From NCBI RefSeq assembly GCF_036666595.1, contig NZ_JAVWVO010000003.1:223879-287878 (forward strand): a stretch of DNA of 64,000 nucleotides, written 5' to 3'. Positions 19,692-28,648 of this stretch are shown here, piece after piece. Source of the DNA: Acinetobacter sp. GTDB taxonomy: Bacteria > Pseudomonadota > Gammaproteobacteria > Pseudomonadales > Moraxellaceae. How positions within the stretch are numbered: position 1 is the first letter of the stretch; each line of letters begins with the position of its first letter. A program made the position numbers and the translations under genes. The notes beneath the pieces were generated by a model. That model was not told where the DNA came from. It did not search any database and worked only from the letters and a program-made list of their open reading frames with translations.

Positions 19692-20843
19692 TTAGCAATA
19701 GCCATCTAAACGTGTCAGTGGCAGTTTTTGCCCAATGGCTTTTTCAATTTCTGGTAGATAGAATGCATCATCTTCAGATAAGAAACTAATACTCACACCA
19801 CGTGTACCTGCGCGACCCGTACGACCAATACGGTGTACATAGTCATCCGACTGTTCAGGTAAGGTGAAATTCACCACATGCGATACACCATCCACATGGA
19901 TACCACGACCTGCAACATCGGTTGCAATCATAATGTTATGTTGACCATTTTTAAATTGGTCTAACATTTTCAAACGTTTGTCTTGTGCGATTTCACCTGA
20001 CAACATCACCACTTTATAGCCATCACGCTTTAAGTTGTCATAGAGCTTACGCACTTGATCGCGACGATTTGCGAAAATCATCACTTTTTCAATGGGCTCA
20101 TCGCGCAGAATGTCTTGTAGCAATTTATATTTATCAGACTTTGCGACCATGTAGACACGTTGCTCAACGTCCGCATTGGTCTTTTTCTCTGGCTCAATTT
20201 CAACAGTTACTGGTTCAAACAGCCATTGCTGCGCAAGGTTTAAAACATCGTAACTAAACGTTGCAGAGAACATCAGAGTCTGACGTTGTTCCTTACGTGG
20301 TGAGAAACGGACAATACGTTTGACTGAAGGAATAAAGCCCATATCCAATAAGCGATCAGCTTCATCAATCACCAAAAACTCAATCTGGTCGAGCCAAACT
20401 TCTTTTTGCTCAACAAAGTCAATCAGACGACCTGGCGTCGCCACCATAATGTCTACAGGTTTTTTATCGAGTTGTGCTTTTTGTTTATCAAAGTCAACAC
20501 CGCCTAAAAGCGTCACGACATGTAAATCTGAGAATTTTGTGAGTTCTTTCGCATCGCTTTCGATTTGCAGTGCAAGCTCTCGAGTCGGTGCTAAAATCAA
20601 GGCACGAGGTTCACCGCGGTAGCGCTGCTCTTGAATTGGGTTATTCAGCAAGTCGTTAATCACGCTCACCAAAAATGCCGCTGTTTTACCAGTCCCTGTT
20701 TGCGCACGACCAATTGCATCATGTCCCGCCAAAGTGAATTTTAAAACCTTTTGCTGAATAGGCGTCATATCCTTAAAACCTAAAGCATCAATAGCTCGTT
20801 TAAGTTGAGGATGTAAATTTAAGGTTTCAAAACCTGATGACAT
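19692..20843 (-). CDS. rhlB: DEAD-box ATP-dependent RNA helicase RhlB
   Basis: AQTGTGKT, PRALILAPTRELALQI, VIDEAD, FSAT, YVHRIGRTGRAG. Alignable by eye to E. coli RhlB along its length. I place the start at the ATG at 20843 (MSSGFETL). Confidence 0.85.
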   Translation of the reverse strand: MSSGFETLNLHPQLKRAIDALGFKDMTPIQQKVLKFTLAGHDAIGRAQTGTGKTAAFLVSVINDLLNNPIQEQRYRGEPRALILAPTRELALQIESDAKELTKFSDLHVVTLLGGVDFDKQKAQLDKKPVDIMVATPGRLIDFVEQKEVWLDQIEFLVIDEADRLLDMGFIPSVKRIVRFSPRKEQRQTLMFSATFSYDVLNLAQQWLFEPVTVEIEPEKKTNADVEQRVYMVAKSDKYKLLQDILRDEPIEKVMIFANRRDQVRKLYDNLKRDGYKVVMLSGEIAQDKRLKMLDQFKNGQHNIMIATDVAGRGIHVDGVSHVVNFTLPEQSDDYVHRIGRTGRAGTRGVSISFLSEDDAFYLPEIEKAIGQKLPLTRLDGYC

Positions 20844-20892
20844 ATAAGTGCGCTCTGACGAAAAATCACGAAAATTGATCTGTAGTATAAAC

Positions 20893-20923
20893 AAAAACGC
20901 CCCAATTTACATTGGGGCGTTTT
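20893..20923 (-). terminator. Intrinsic terminator between csp and rhlB
   Basis: Perfect 10-bp stem acgccccaat/attggggcgt with a 4-nt loop. A- and T-tracts flank it on both sides. Confidence 0.8.
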
Positions 20924-20940
20924 AAAGTACGTTCAGACAA

Positions 20941-21153
20941 TTAGTCTAAAGGTTGTACTTCTTCAGCTTGGAAGCCTTTTTGACCTTTTACAACGCTGAA
21001 TTCAACGCGTTGGCCGTCACGTAGTGAACGGTGGCCGTCGCCTTGGATTGCACGGAAGTGAACGAATACATCGTCGCCGCCATTGCGTTGGATAAAGCCG
21101 AAGCCTTTAGTGTCGTTGAACCATTTAACTACGCCTTGTTCACGAGCTGTCAT
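20941..21153 (-). CDS. Cold-shock protein, CspA family
   Basis: 70 aa, [15 protein letters not shown] (RNP1) and VFVHF (RNP2). Confidence 0.95.
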   Translation of the reverse strand: MTAREQGVVKWFNDTKGFGFIQRNGGDDVFVHFRAIQGDGHRSLRDGQRVEFSVVKGQKGFQAEEVQPLD

Positions 21154-21544
21154 AAGTTAATCCTCATTGTATCTAAAAGAAGGACCACCCGGTGTTGCAA
21201 ACAGCAGACCAAACAAGGTTTAAAAATATTTATTATTTCTAAGCTTGTAATCATTCTGTATAACTATTAACAAAATCCCGGTTACATCCATTTGTAAAAT
21301 AGGATTTAAAACAATTTATGGTTGTGTTAAATCCCAGTACGCGACGAGCTTAACATGGGTTAAAAACAATTCATACCCTTTTTTTTGATTAATCGTCTTT
21401 TTAATTCAGCATATTTTTTAACTAGTTATTTGTAATTTTAGATATAGCGACTATAGGCCTATAACACATGAAATATTTGGGTTTTGGCACTGAATTTGCT
21501 AATATTTCTACCCACCTAAATGTTGTGAAGCCCGCCTTAGCTAT

Positions 21545-21778
21545 ATGAGTGATATCGAACAAAATACCAACATTATTGATGCAATGGGGCAACCATGTCC
21601 TATGCCTCTGTTGTTGCTTAAACGCGCACTTAAGAAGAGTCCGGCGCAGCATTTTCTATTAAAATCGTCTGATCCGCACAGTCAGATCGATATCACGCGT
21701 TATTGCGAAATCCATCATTTAACTTGTGTTTTGAAACAAATTAATGAACATGAATTTCACTACTTCATTGAATCTTAA
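21545..21778 (+). CDS. TusA/SirA-family sulfurtransferase-like protein
   Basis: 77 aa, with the MGQPCPMPLL CPxP active-site motif. Confidence 0.7.
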   Translation: MSDIEQNTNIIDAMGQPCPMPLLLLKRALKKSPAQHFLLKSSDPHSQIDITRYCEIHHLTCVLKQINEHEFHYFIES

Positions 21779-21916
21779 TTCTTTTCAATTACACTAAGTC
21801 TATTCACATTTGCATAAAAGTTTACATTTCTATACCCAATTTTCCATTATTCAGTGGAAGATTGGATTAAGATAAATTCAATTGTTGGGTAAAAATGAAA
21901 TCCCTAAGGAGAACAC

Positions 21917-22786
21917 ATGAGTGACAGCAGCAATCAATTGATGCCCCTGTCATTATCGGCACCAGGTGTAAACTTGGGCGCTTATATTAGTACTGTCAAC
22001 CAAATCCCGATTTTGACAGCGGAACAAGAAAAAGAGTTAGCTGAACGCTACTATTATGACCAAGACCTCGATGCTGCTAAACTTCTAGTCATGTCGCATC
22101 TGCGTTTTGTGGTTCATATTGCCCGCAGTTATGCAGGCTACGGCTTACCTCAAGGTGACCTTATTCAAGAAGGTAACTTGGGCTTAATGAAAGCCGTTAA
22201 ACGCTTCGATCCAAACATGGGCGTACGCTTGGTCTCTTTTGCGGTGCATTGGATTAAAGCAGAAATTCACGAATATGTGATTCGTAACTGGCGTATTGTC
22301 AAAATTGCGACAACTAAAGCACAACGTAAACTGTTCTTTAATTTACGTAGTCTAAAAAAATCGTCTAAAAAGCTCACTCTAAAAGAAGCTCAATCGATTG
22401 CGAATGACCTCAATGTGACACCTGAACAAGTGTTGGAAATGGAAGGTCGTTTAACTGCTTATGATGCGGCGTTTGAAGCTCAGGGCGATGATGACGATGA
22501 AGGTTCAGCCCATGTTGCACCTGCGCTCTATCTTGAAGATAACCGCTACGACCCAGCGCGTTTGGCTGAAGAAGAAGATTACGAAGAACAAAGCACAAAT
22601 GCTCTGCATGATGCCATGGAACTGCTTGATGACCGTTCGCGTAATATTTTACAGCGCCGTTGGTTAGATGATGAAAAATCGACGCTGCACGAACTGGCTG
22701 CTGAATATAATGTTTCGGCTGAACGTATTCGTCAGCTTGAAAAAAATGCCATGGAAAAAATTAAAGTGGCGATGTCATCAAACTAA
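21917..22786 (+). CDS. rpoH: RNA polymerase sigma-32 (heat-shock sigma factor)
   Basis: RpoH box QRKLFFNLR, region 2 and region 4 motifs, AAGGAGA Shine-Dalgarno sequence. Confidence 0.95.
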   Translation: MSDSSNQLMPLSLSAPGVNLGAYISTVNQIPILTAEQEKELAERYYYDQDLDAAKLLVMSHLRFVVHIARSYAGYGLPQGDLIQEGNLGLMKAVKRFDPNMGVRLVSFAVHWIKAEIHEYVIRNWRIVKIATTKAQRKLFFNLRSLKKSSKKLTLKEAQSIANDLNVTPEQVLEMEGRLTAYDAAFEAQGDDDDEGSAHVAPALYLEDNRYDPARLAEEEDYEEQSTNALHDAMELLDDRSRNILQRRWLDDEKSTLHELAAEYNVSAERIRQLEKNAMEKIKVAMSSN

Positions 22787-22801
22787 GATGATAGCAATGC
22801 T

Positions 22802-22830
22802 GAAAAGGGCGAAATGCCCTTTTCTTTTTA
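22802..22830 (+). terminator. Intrinsic terminator after rpoH
   Basis: gaaaagggc-gaaat-gcccttttc followed by ttttta. Confidence 0.8.
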
Positions 22831-22915
22831 CCAATAAATGAGGCTTTTTGTCTTTTAACCTGTCTTCAAAATATGCTACTTTGTTGCGCACAGTGATATA
22901 AGTAAAGCATTGCAT

Positions 22916-23281
22916 ATGTGGATTGCGATTTCAGCGCTGAATTTAGCGTTTGCCGTTATATTAGGTGCCTTTGGCGCACATGGTCTCAAAGCACGTGCTA
23001 GTGAAGCCCAATTGGCTTGGTGGCAAACTGCAACTGATTACTTTTTTTACCATGCACTTGGTTTACTGGCGCTTGGCATTTTGGCCAAAGTTATTCCCCA
23101 ACTTCCCATCAAAACCAGCTTTTTACTGATTCAAATCGGCATCTTCTTTTTCTGTGGTTCCCTCTATGTCATGGCATTGGGCTTACCGCGTGGTCTAGGT
23201 GCGATTACCCCAATTGGTGGCGCATTGATGATTGCAGGTTGGTTAGTTCTGGCATGGAATGCCATGAAATATGCCAAGTAA
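22916..23281 (+). CDS. DUF423 (YgdD-like) inner-membrane protein
   Basis: About 121 aa, four TM helices, GAFGAHG motif. The ORF-track start is TTG; I place the start at the ATG at 22916. Confidence 0.75.
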   Translation: MWIAISALNLAFAVILGAFGAHGLKARASEAQLAWWQTATDYFFYHALGLLALGILAKVIPQLPIKTSFLLIQIGIFFFCGSLYVMALGLPRGLGAITPIGGALMIAGWLVLAWNAMKYAK

Positions 23282-23300
23282 ACAACTAGAGATAAGCACG

Positions 23301-23498
23301 ATGCAGATTTATTTAAACGGCGAACTACAGCACACCGAATGTAAAAACCTGCTTGAACTGGTGCAAACCTTTGCACTTGAAGGTAAACGTTTTGCTGTTG
23401 AGCAAAATGAAAACATTATTAGTAAAAGTAAATTGGAACACACTCCAATTTGCGCAATGGATCGAATTGAAATTATTCATGCCGTCGGTGGCGGTTAA
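23301..23498 (+). CDS. thiS: Sulfur carrier protein ThiS
   Basis: 65 aa, MQIYLNGE..., C-terminal GG. Lies immediately upstream of thiG. Confidence 0.9.
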   Translation: MQIYLNGELQHTECKNLLELVQTFALEGKRFAVEQNENIISKSKLEHTPICAMDRIEIIHAVGGG

Positions 23499-23510
23499 TA
23501 CGGAGTTCAC

Positions 23511-24296
23511 ATGCAAGACAGCCCTCTCATCATTGGTTCTAGATCATTTCAATCTCGTCTGCTGGTGGGCACAGGTAAATATAAGGACCTGCAAGAAACC
23601 GATTTGTCCATTCAAGCCAGTGGCGCAGAAATCGTGACGGTTGCGATTCGTCGCGTCAATATTGGTCAACACCCCGACCAACCAAACTTATTGTCCGTGG
23701 TCCCACCTGAAAAATACACCATTCTCCCGAATACAGCAGGCTGTTTTGATGCCAATAGTGCAGTGCGTACCTGTATGTTAGCGCGTGAATTATTAGACGG
23801 TCATAACTTGGTCAAGCTTGAAGTATTAGGCGATGAAAAAACGCTGTATCCAAACATTACCGAAACATTGAAAGCGGCACGTACCTTGATTGACGATGGT
23901 TTTGAAATCATGGTCTATACCTCGGATGACCCAATTGTGGCTCAAGAGCTTGAAAGCATGGGCTGCGTTGCCATCATGCCTTTAGGCAGTTTGATTGGTT
24001 CTGGTCTAGGGATTTTAAATCCACACACAATTTCTATCATTAAAGAAAATGCCAAAGTCCCTGTGTTAGTAGATGCAGGTGTGGGAACTGCAAGCGATGC
24101 AGCGATTGCCATGGAACTTGGCTGTGATGGCGTGTTGATGAATACTGCGATTGCTGCCGCTCAACAGCCAATTTTAATGGCTTCTGCAATGAAAAAAGCC
24201 GTTGAAGCGGGTCGTGAAGCATTCCTCGCAGGTCGTATGCCTCGCAAACGTATGGCCAATGCAAGCTCACCAGAAACAGGTTATTTCTTTAAATAA
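23511..24296 (+). CDS. thiG: Thiazole synthase
   Basis: [35 protein letters not shown] motifs. Confidence 0.95.
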   Translation: MQDSPLIIGSRSFQSRLLVGTGKYKDLQETDLSIQASGAEIVTVAIRRVNIGQHPDQPNLLSVVPPEKYTILPNTAGCFDANSAVRTCMLARELLDGHNLVKLEVLGDEKTLYPNITETLKAARTLIDDGFEIMVYTSDDPIVAQELESMGCVAIMPLGSLIGSGLGILNPHTISIIKENAKVPVLVDAGVGTASDAAIAMELGCDGVLMNTAIAAAQQPILMASAMKKAVEAGREAFLAGRMPRKRMANASSPETGYFFK

Positions 24297-24320
24297 TCTC
24301 TTCATCTGTATTAAGTAATC

Positions 24321-24347
24321 AAAAAGGATTCTTCGGAGTCCTTTTTT
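24321..24347 (+). terminator. Intrinsic terminator after thiG
   Basis: aaaaaggattc-ttcg-gagtcctttttt (one G-U pair). Confidence 0.75.
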
Positions 24348-24472
24348 ATTTATTTCAACACCAGGACAACACTTTATGATGACCTAAGTTGTTGGGACAT
24401 TTCGCCACACGCTTTGATACACTCAGCAATATCCACCTTCAAACATCTATAACCATATAAGAATGAGAGGAA

Positions 24473-25207
24473 ATGATGCCCATGCAAAAATGGATCAGAC
24501 CAACACTCATAGTCAATGCCCTATTTTTCATAACTTTTACCAACAGTACTTGGGCCAAAGTAGAGGCAAAACCTACTCTCAAAACGAGCTACCAATCTTT
24601 TGTACCAAAAAACTGGAAGATTTTAGAAAAAGTCCAAGGTGATTTAAACCAAGATGGTCAAGCGGACATAGCGCTGATCATTGAAGACACCAATCCTGAA
24701 CATCTCGTTAAAAATGATCGCTTAGGGAGTGATGTGCTTAATACAAATGAACGAAAGCTTTTGGTTTTATTGAAGCAAATGCATGGTTATCAACTTGTGG
24801 CGACTAATAGCACTTTGCCGACAGAAGGCGATATAGAGTCCCCTTGCCTCGCAGATCCACTCGGTGAGACTGAAGCGTTAAGCATTCAAAAAGGCGTGCT
24901 CAAAGTTCATCTGCACTACTGGTTAAGCTGTGGTTCGTGGTATGTGACCAATCACACGTATACCTTTCGATACCAAGACCGTGCATTTAAAATGATTGGT
25001 TATGATGTCGATGATTTCCACCGTGCATCGGGCGACATCACGGCACAAAGTATTAACTTTATGACAGGCAAAGTAAAAAATACGACAGGTGAAAATGAGT
25101 TTGCTGAAAGCACTCAACCTGTCAAAGTTCAATGGGCAACACTCAAACAGCATTACGCATTGAAACTCGAACAGGTTCAGTTCAATGAACCACTTGAGTT
25201 TAGATAA
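24473..25207 (+). CDS. Secreted hypothetical protein
   Basis: Signal peptide ending TWA|K. DLNQDGQADIALII resembles an FG-GAP/VCBS-type Ca-binding loop. No other family recognised. Confidence 0.5.
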   Translation: MMPMQKWIRPTLIVNALFFITFTNSTWAKVEAKPTLKTSYQSFVPKNWKILEKVQGDLNQDGQADIALIIEDTNPEHLVKNDRLGSDVLNTNERKLLVLLKQMHGYQLVATNSTLPTEGDIESPCLADPLGETEALSIQKGVLKVHLHYWLSCGSWYVTNHTYTFRYQDRAFKMIGYDVDDFHRASGDITAQSINFMTGKVKNTTGENEFAESTQPVKVQWATLKQHYALKLEQVQFNEPLEFR

Positions 25208-25246
25208 GCAGCTCATTAAAAATACTTTCAAATGCAAATTTATCGC

Positions 25247-25558
25247 TTACTGTGCTTCTAAAATGCGAATTTTCACATGAGCAACTGCACCTTCAGTTGC
25301 TTGAGCATGTTGCTGCATATTGACACTCTGCATGTGTGTTTCTAAATGCTGCATGCTTTCCCATTTTTCATACATCATGATTGAAAACGGTACTTTGGTT
25401 TGTAATGCACTCTCAACAGCAGGATGATCGATATGCACATCATAGAGATGGCAACCGGGCTCTTGTAATACTTGCTCACGGATGTTGTTGAATGAATCAA
25501 GAACCGTTGTAAAATCTTGCTCTGAATGACAAATAATTTCAGCAATGACAGTTAACAT
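25247..25558 (-). CDS. ygiN: ABM-domain quinol monooxygenase, YgiN-like
   Basis: About 103 aa, ABM-fold pattern. Lies directly downstream of mdaB, as in E. coli mdaB-ygiN. The ATG at 25558 follows GGGAGA; the ORF-track start is GTG. Confidence 0.7.
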   Translation of the reverse strand: MLTVIAEIICHSEQDFTTVLDSFNNIREQVLQEPGCHLYDVHIDHPAVESALQTKVPFSIMMYEKWESMQHLETHMQSVNMQQHAQATEGAVAHVKIRILEAQ

Positions 25559-25573
25559 GGTCACATCTCCCGA

Positions 25574-26155
25574 TTAAGCAAAAACTTGCGTCAAATGGTC
25601 ACGGTACTGTGCCATATAGGCTTCAACTTCAGGTGCTTTAATCACATCATTGACAATAAACGTCGGTAAGGTTTGCATCCCTAAAAATTGATTGGCTTTG
25701 TGAAAAGGTAAATAAACCCCGTCGACCCCAACCCCATGAAAAAATTGTTCAGCGTCGTTAAATGCATCCATCGGTGCATTCCATGTCAACGACAGCATAT
25801 ATTTTTTATCGTGAATCAGACCGCCTGAGCCATACTTTTTTGAAGCATCTGCACGTGAGCGACCATCATTGGCATACAGACTACCGTGCCCTTCGGTAAA
25901 GACATCATCGATATACTTTTTCACAGTCCATGGTGCACCCATCCACCAACCTGGCATTTGGTAAATCACGGTGTCTGCCCACAGAAATTTCTCCACTTCA
26001 GCTTTTGCATCATATTCGCTGTCAGCGCGTGTCACTTGAACCTGATGTCCTAAGACTGACAAGACCTTTTGCGCAAGTTCAGTTAGGGTATCGTTTAACT
26101 GACCATTCGAGTGTGCAAAAGTTTTCGCACCGTTAATTAATAAAATATTTTTCAT
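25574..26155 (-). CDS. mdaB: NADPH:quinone oxidoreductase MdaB
   Basis: Alignable by eye to E. coli MdaB along its length (ILLINGAK.FAHSNGQLNDTL, PGWWMGAPWTVKKYIDDVFTEGHG, LPFHKANQFLGM). Confidence 0.93.
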   Translation of the reverse strand: MKNILLINGAKTFAHSNGQLNDTLTELAQKVLSVLGHQVQVTRADSEYDAKAEVEKFLWADTVIYQMPGWWMGAPWTVKKYIDDVFTEGHGSLYANDGRSRADASKKYGSGGLIHDKKYMLSLTWNAPMDAFNDAEQFFHGVGVDGVYLPFHKANQFLGMQTLPTFIVNDVIKAPEVEAYMAQYRDHLTQVFA

Positions 26156-26273
26156 GGGAAGAGCCTAAAAGCCAAAATCTATGCAGGCACTATAAAGACT
26201 CTGTTCTGCGCTAAAAAGTAGTGAATCTGCAAAATATTATTGACTAAATATCAATAATAAATTTTAAAGTATG

Positions 26274-26297
26274 AAAAAAAGCGCCTGTCGGCGCTTC
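26274..26297 (-). terminator. Intrinsic terminator after the GST gene
   Basis: On the minus strand: agcgcc-gaca-ggcgct followed by ttttttt. Confidence 0.75.
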
Positions 26298-26312
26298 TTC
26301 AATGCATCAAAA

Positions 26313-26924
26313 TTAAGGAATTAGACCTTCATCTCGCATTGCAATTTGTACTGACTGACGTTCAGCCACTTTATTACGGATAAAGATAATATTTTTATAC
26401 GGCGATAAATCATGTTCGATGCCATTTGACCAATTGGTAAGGACAAATAAATACGCATCTGCAGGGCCAAAATTATCATCGACCAAATAGTCATGATCCG
26501 ACTCACCAATTTGTTTGTCGATATAACTGAGTAAACGATCAATCTCTGTATAGGCTTTTTCTTTAGCAACAGCGTCTAATGGCGCACCGAAGAAAACAGC
26601 ATAAGCATCATGTAATTCAGAGTTTAAATAACCTAGCCATTCTAAAACTTTGGCACGCCCCAAACCCGATGGCGGAATAAGGTCTTGTTTTGGATCATGT
26701 TGTGCTAAAAATGGCAAAATGGCTACATTTTCAGTCAGAATCAAACCTGGATTAATTTCTAAAGCGGGTACATATCCTTTTGGATTAATTTCGTAATAAT
26801 CAGCACCTTTTTCTGTTTTATGTGTTTTTAAATCTACTCGGACTAAATCAAAGTCAACATTAATTTCATTGAGGATAATGTGCGCCGCAAGTGAGCACGC
26901 ACCTGGTGCATAATAAAGCTTCAT
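26313..26924 (-). CDS. gstA: Beta-class glutathione S-transferase
   Basis: MKLYYAPGACSLAAHIILNE compares with E. coli GstA [20 protein letters not shown]. 203 aa. Confidence 0.8.
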   Translation of the reverse strand: MKLYYAPGACSLAAHIILNEINVDFDLVRVDLKTHKTEKGADYYEINPKGYVPALEINPGLILTENVAILPFLAQHDPKQDLIPPSGLGRAKVLEWLGYLNSELHDAYAVFFGAPLDAVAKEKAYTEIDRLLSYIDKQIGESDHDYLVDDNFGPADAYLFVLTNWSNGIEHDLSPYKNIIFIRNKVAERQSVQIAMRDEGLIP

Positions 26925-27142
26925 ATCTGATCCTTGTTATAACTCTATTCTCTGTTTTAAATGGCTTCTAACAAACTTTCAAGTGATCAAAACCTGTAAA
27001 TTGCAAAAAAGCGTAAACGAAAAATCATTCGTTCGCCTATTGAATATTGTCTAATTCACATTTTTTTTCAAGTACAACAACACTGCAATTTGCAACAGAG
27101 TTGTTTTAACATAGCCCCTTGACCCTAAAATGAATTTGATCT

Positions 27143-28585
27143 GTGATTAGCCTTAAAAAAGATGAATGGTTTTCTAACATTCGTACCGATGTTTTAGCAG
27201 GTTTAGTGGTAGGACTTGCACTGATTCCCGAATCTATTGCTTTTTCAGCAATTGCAGGGGTAGACCCTCAAGTCGGACTTTATGCCTCCTTTTGTATCGC
27301 AGTGAGCATTGCTTTTTTTGGTGGTCGTCCAGCCATGATTTCAGCAGCAACAGGTGCCATGGCACTACTCATGATCACACTAGTCAAAGAGCATGGTTTA
27401 CAGTATTTACTGGCGGCAACCATTCTCACTGGTGTCATTCAAATCATTGCGGGTTATTTTAAAGTTGCCAAACTGATGCGTTTTGTGTCGCAGTCGGTGG
27501 TGTATGGTTTTTTAAATGCGCTGGCGATTTTAATCTTCATAGCACAACTTCCAGAGCTCAGCCAAATGAATTACTGGGGCTATGCATTTGTCGCTCTTGG
27601 CCTCTCTGTAATTTATCTGTTTCCCTATCTGCCTACAGTGGGAAAAAACATTCCCTCACCGCTCATTTGCATTCTTGTCCTGACCGCTTTGGCACTGTTT
27701 TTAGGCACAGATATGCGTATGGTCAGTGACTTAGGTCATTTCCCCGATACTTTACCTATTTTTCTACTGCCTGATATTCCACTAACCTTTGAAACGCTGC
27801 AAATTGTCTTCCCTTACGCCATCACATTAGCGACCGTCGGTTTGCTTGAAAGCATGATGACCACCACAGTAGTGAATGAAGTCACAGGCACTGAAGGTGA
27901 CCGTCATCAAGAATGTCGCGGACAAGGTATGGCAAATATTGTGAGCGGTTTTATGGGCGGTATGGCAGGCTGTGCCATGATTGGACAGTCTATGATTAAT
28001 GTCAGCTCAGGTGCACGTACTCGACTTTCAACCTTAGTGGCTGGTGTGTTTTTACTGTGTTTGGTGGTGTTTTTTAAAGACTGGCTGTCCTATATTCCAA
28101 TGGCAGCTTTGGTTGCCATTATGATCATGGTGGCTTTTACAACCTTTCAATGGGACTCAGTTAAAAACATCGCTAAACACCCGCTACAAAGTAATGTGGT
28201 GATGTTGAGTGTAGTGATGATTGTCTTAGCCACACATAATCTTGCCTTGGGTGTCTTTGTCGGAGTTTTACTGTCCGCATTATTTTTCATCAATAAACTG
28301 GAAAGTACGGTTCATGTTCAGTCTGAACTACATAACCATACCCGTCGCTATGTGGTGAGCGGTCAAATTTTCTTTAGCAGTTCAGAGAAGTTCTTTCAGT
28401 TTTTTGACTTTAACGAACACATTCAGAAGGTTGAAATTGAACTCAGCCATGCACATATTTGGGATATGACTTCAGTTCATATGTTAAATGCTGTGGTTGA
28501 AAAGTTTGCAGCCCAAGGTGTTGTGGTCGAGGTGTTAGGCTTAAATGAAGCCAGCACTACCCTCATTGACCGTATCAGCTCATAA
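27143..28585 (+). CDS. SulP-family anion transporter with C-terminal STAS domain
   Basis: Multiple TM helices, D.LAG..VG.ALIPE.IAF N-terminal signature, C-terminal soluble STAS-like ~100 aa. GTG start. Confidence 0.85.
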   Translation: MISLKKDEWFSNIRTDVLAGLVVGLALIPESIAFSAIAGVDPQVGLYASFCIAVSIAFFGGRPAMISAATGAMALLMITLVKEHGLQYLLAATILTGVIQIIAGYFKVAKLMRFVSQSVVYGFLNALAILIFIAQLPELSQMNYWGYAFVALGLSVIYLFPYLPTVGKNIPSPLICILVLTALALFLGTDMRMVSDLGHFPDTLPIFLLPDIPLTFETLQIVFPYAITLATVGLLESMMTTTVVNEVTGTEGDRHQECRGQGMANIVSGFMGGMAGCAMIGQSMINVSSGARTRLSTLVAGVFLLCLVVFFKDWLSYIPMAALVAIMIMVAFTTFQWDSVKNIAKHPLQSNVVMLSVVMIVLATHNLALGVFVGVLLSALFFINKLESTVHVQSELHNHTRRYVVSGQIFFSSSEKFFQFFDFNEHIQKVEIELSHAHIWDMTSVHMLNAVVEKFAAQGVVVEVLGLNEASTTLIDRISS

Positions 28586-28606
28586 AGTTGAAACCATAGA
28601 CAAAAT

Positions 28607-28630
28607 AAAAGGGCGATGACGCCCTTTTAT
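28607..28630. terminator. Bidirectional intrinsic terminator between convergent genes
   Basis: aaaagggcg-atga-cgcccttttatt. Confidence 0.75.
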
Positions 28631-28648
28631 TATTATCCATAAAGCAAG

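Noticed and set aside
23282-23300. A TPP riboswitch expected upstream of thiS-thiG.
   Set aside because: Only 19 nt separate the DUF423 gene from thiS, and no THI-box-like (CUGAGA ... ACCUGA) element is visible upstream of the DUF423 gene. The riboswitch is probably at thiC or another locus.
23353-23637. A 94-aa plus-strand ORF bridging thiS and thiG in another frame.
   Set aside because: It is out of frame with both conserved genes and has no motif; it is an overlap artefact.
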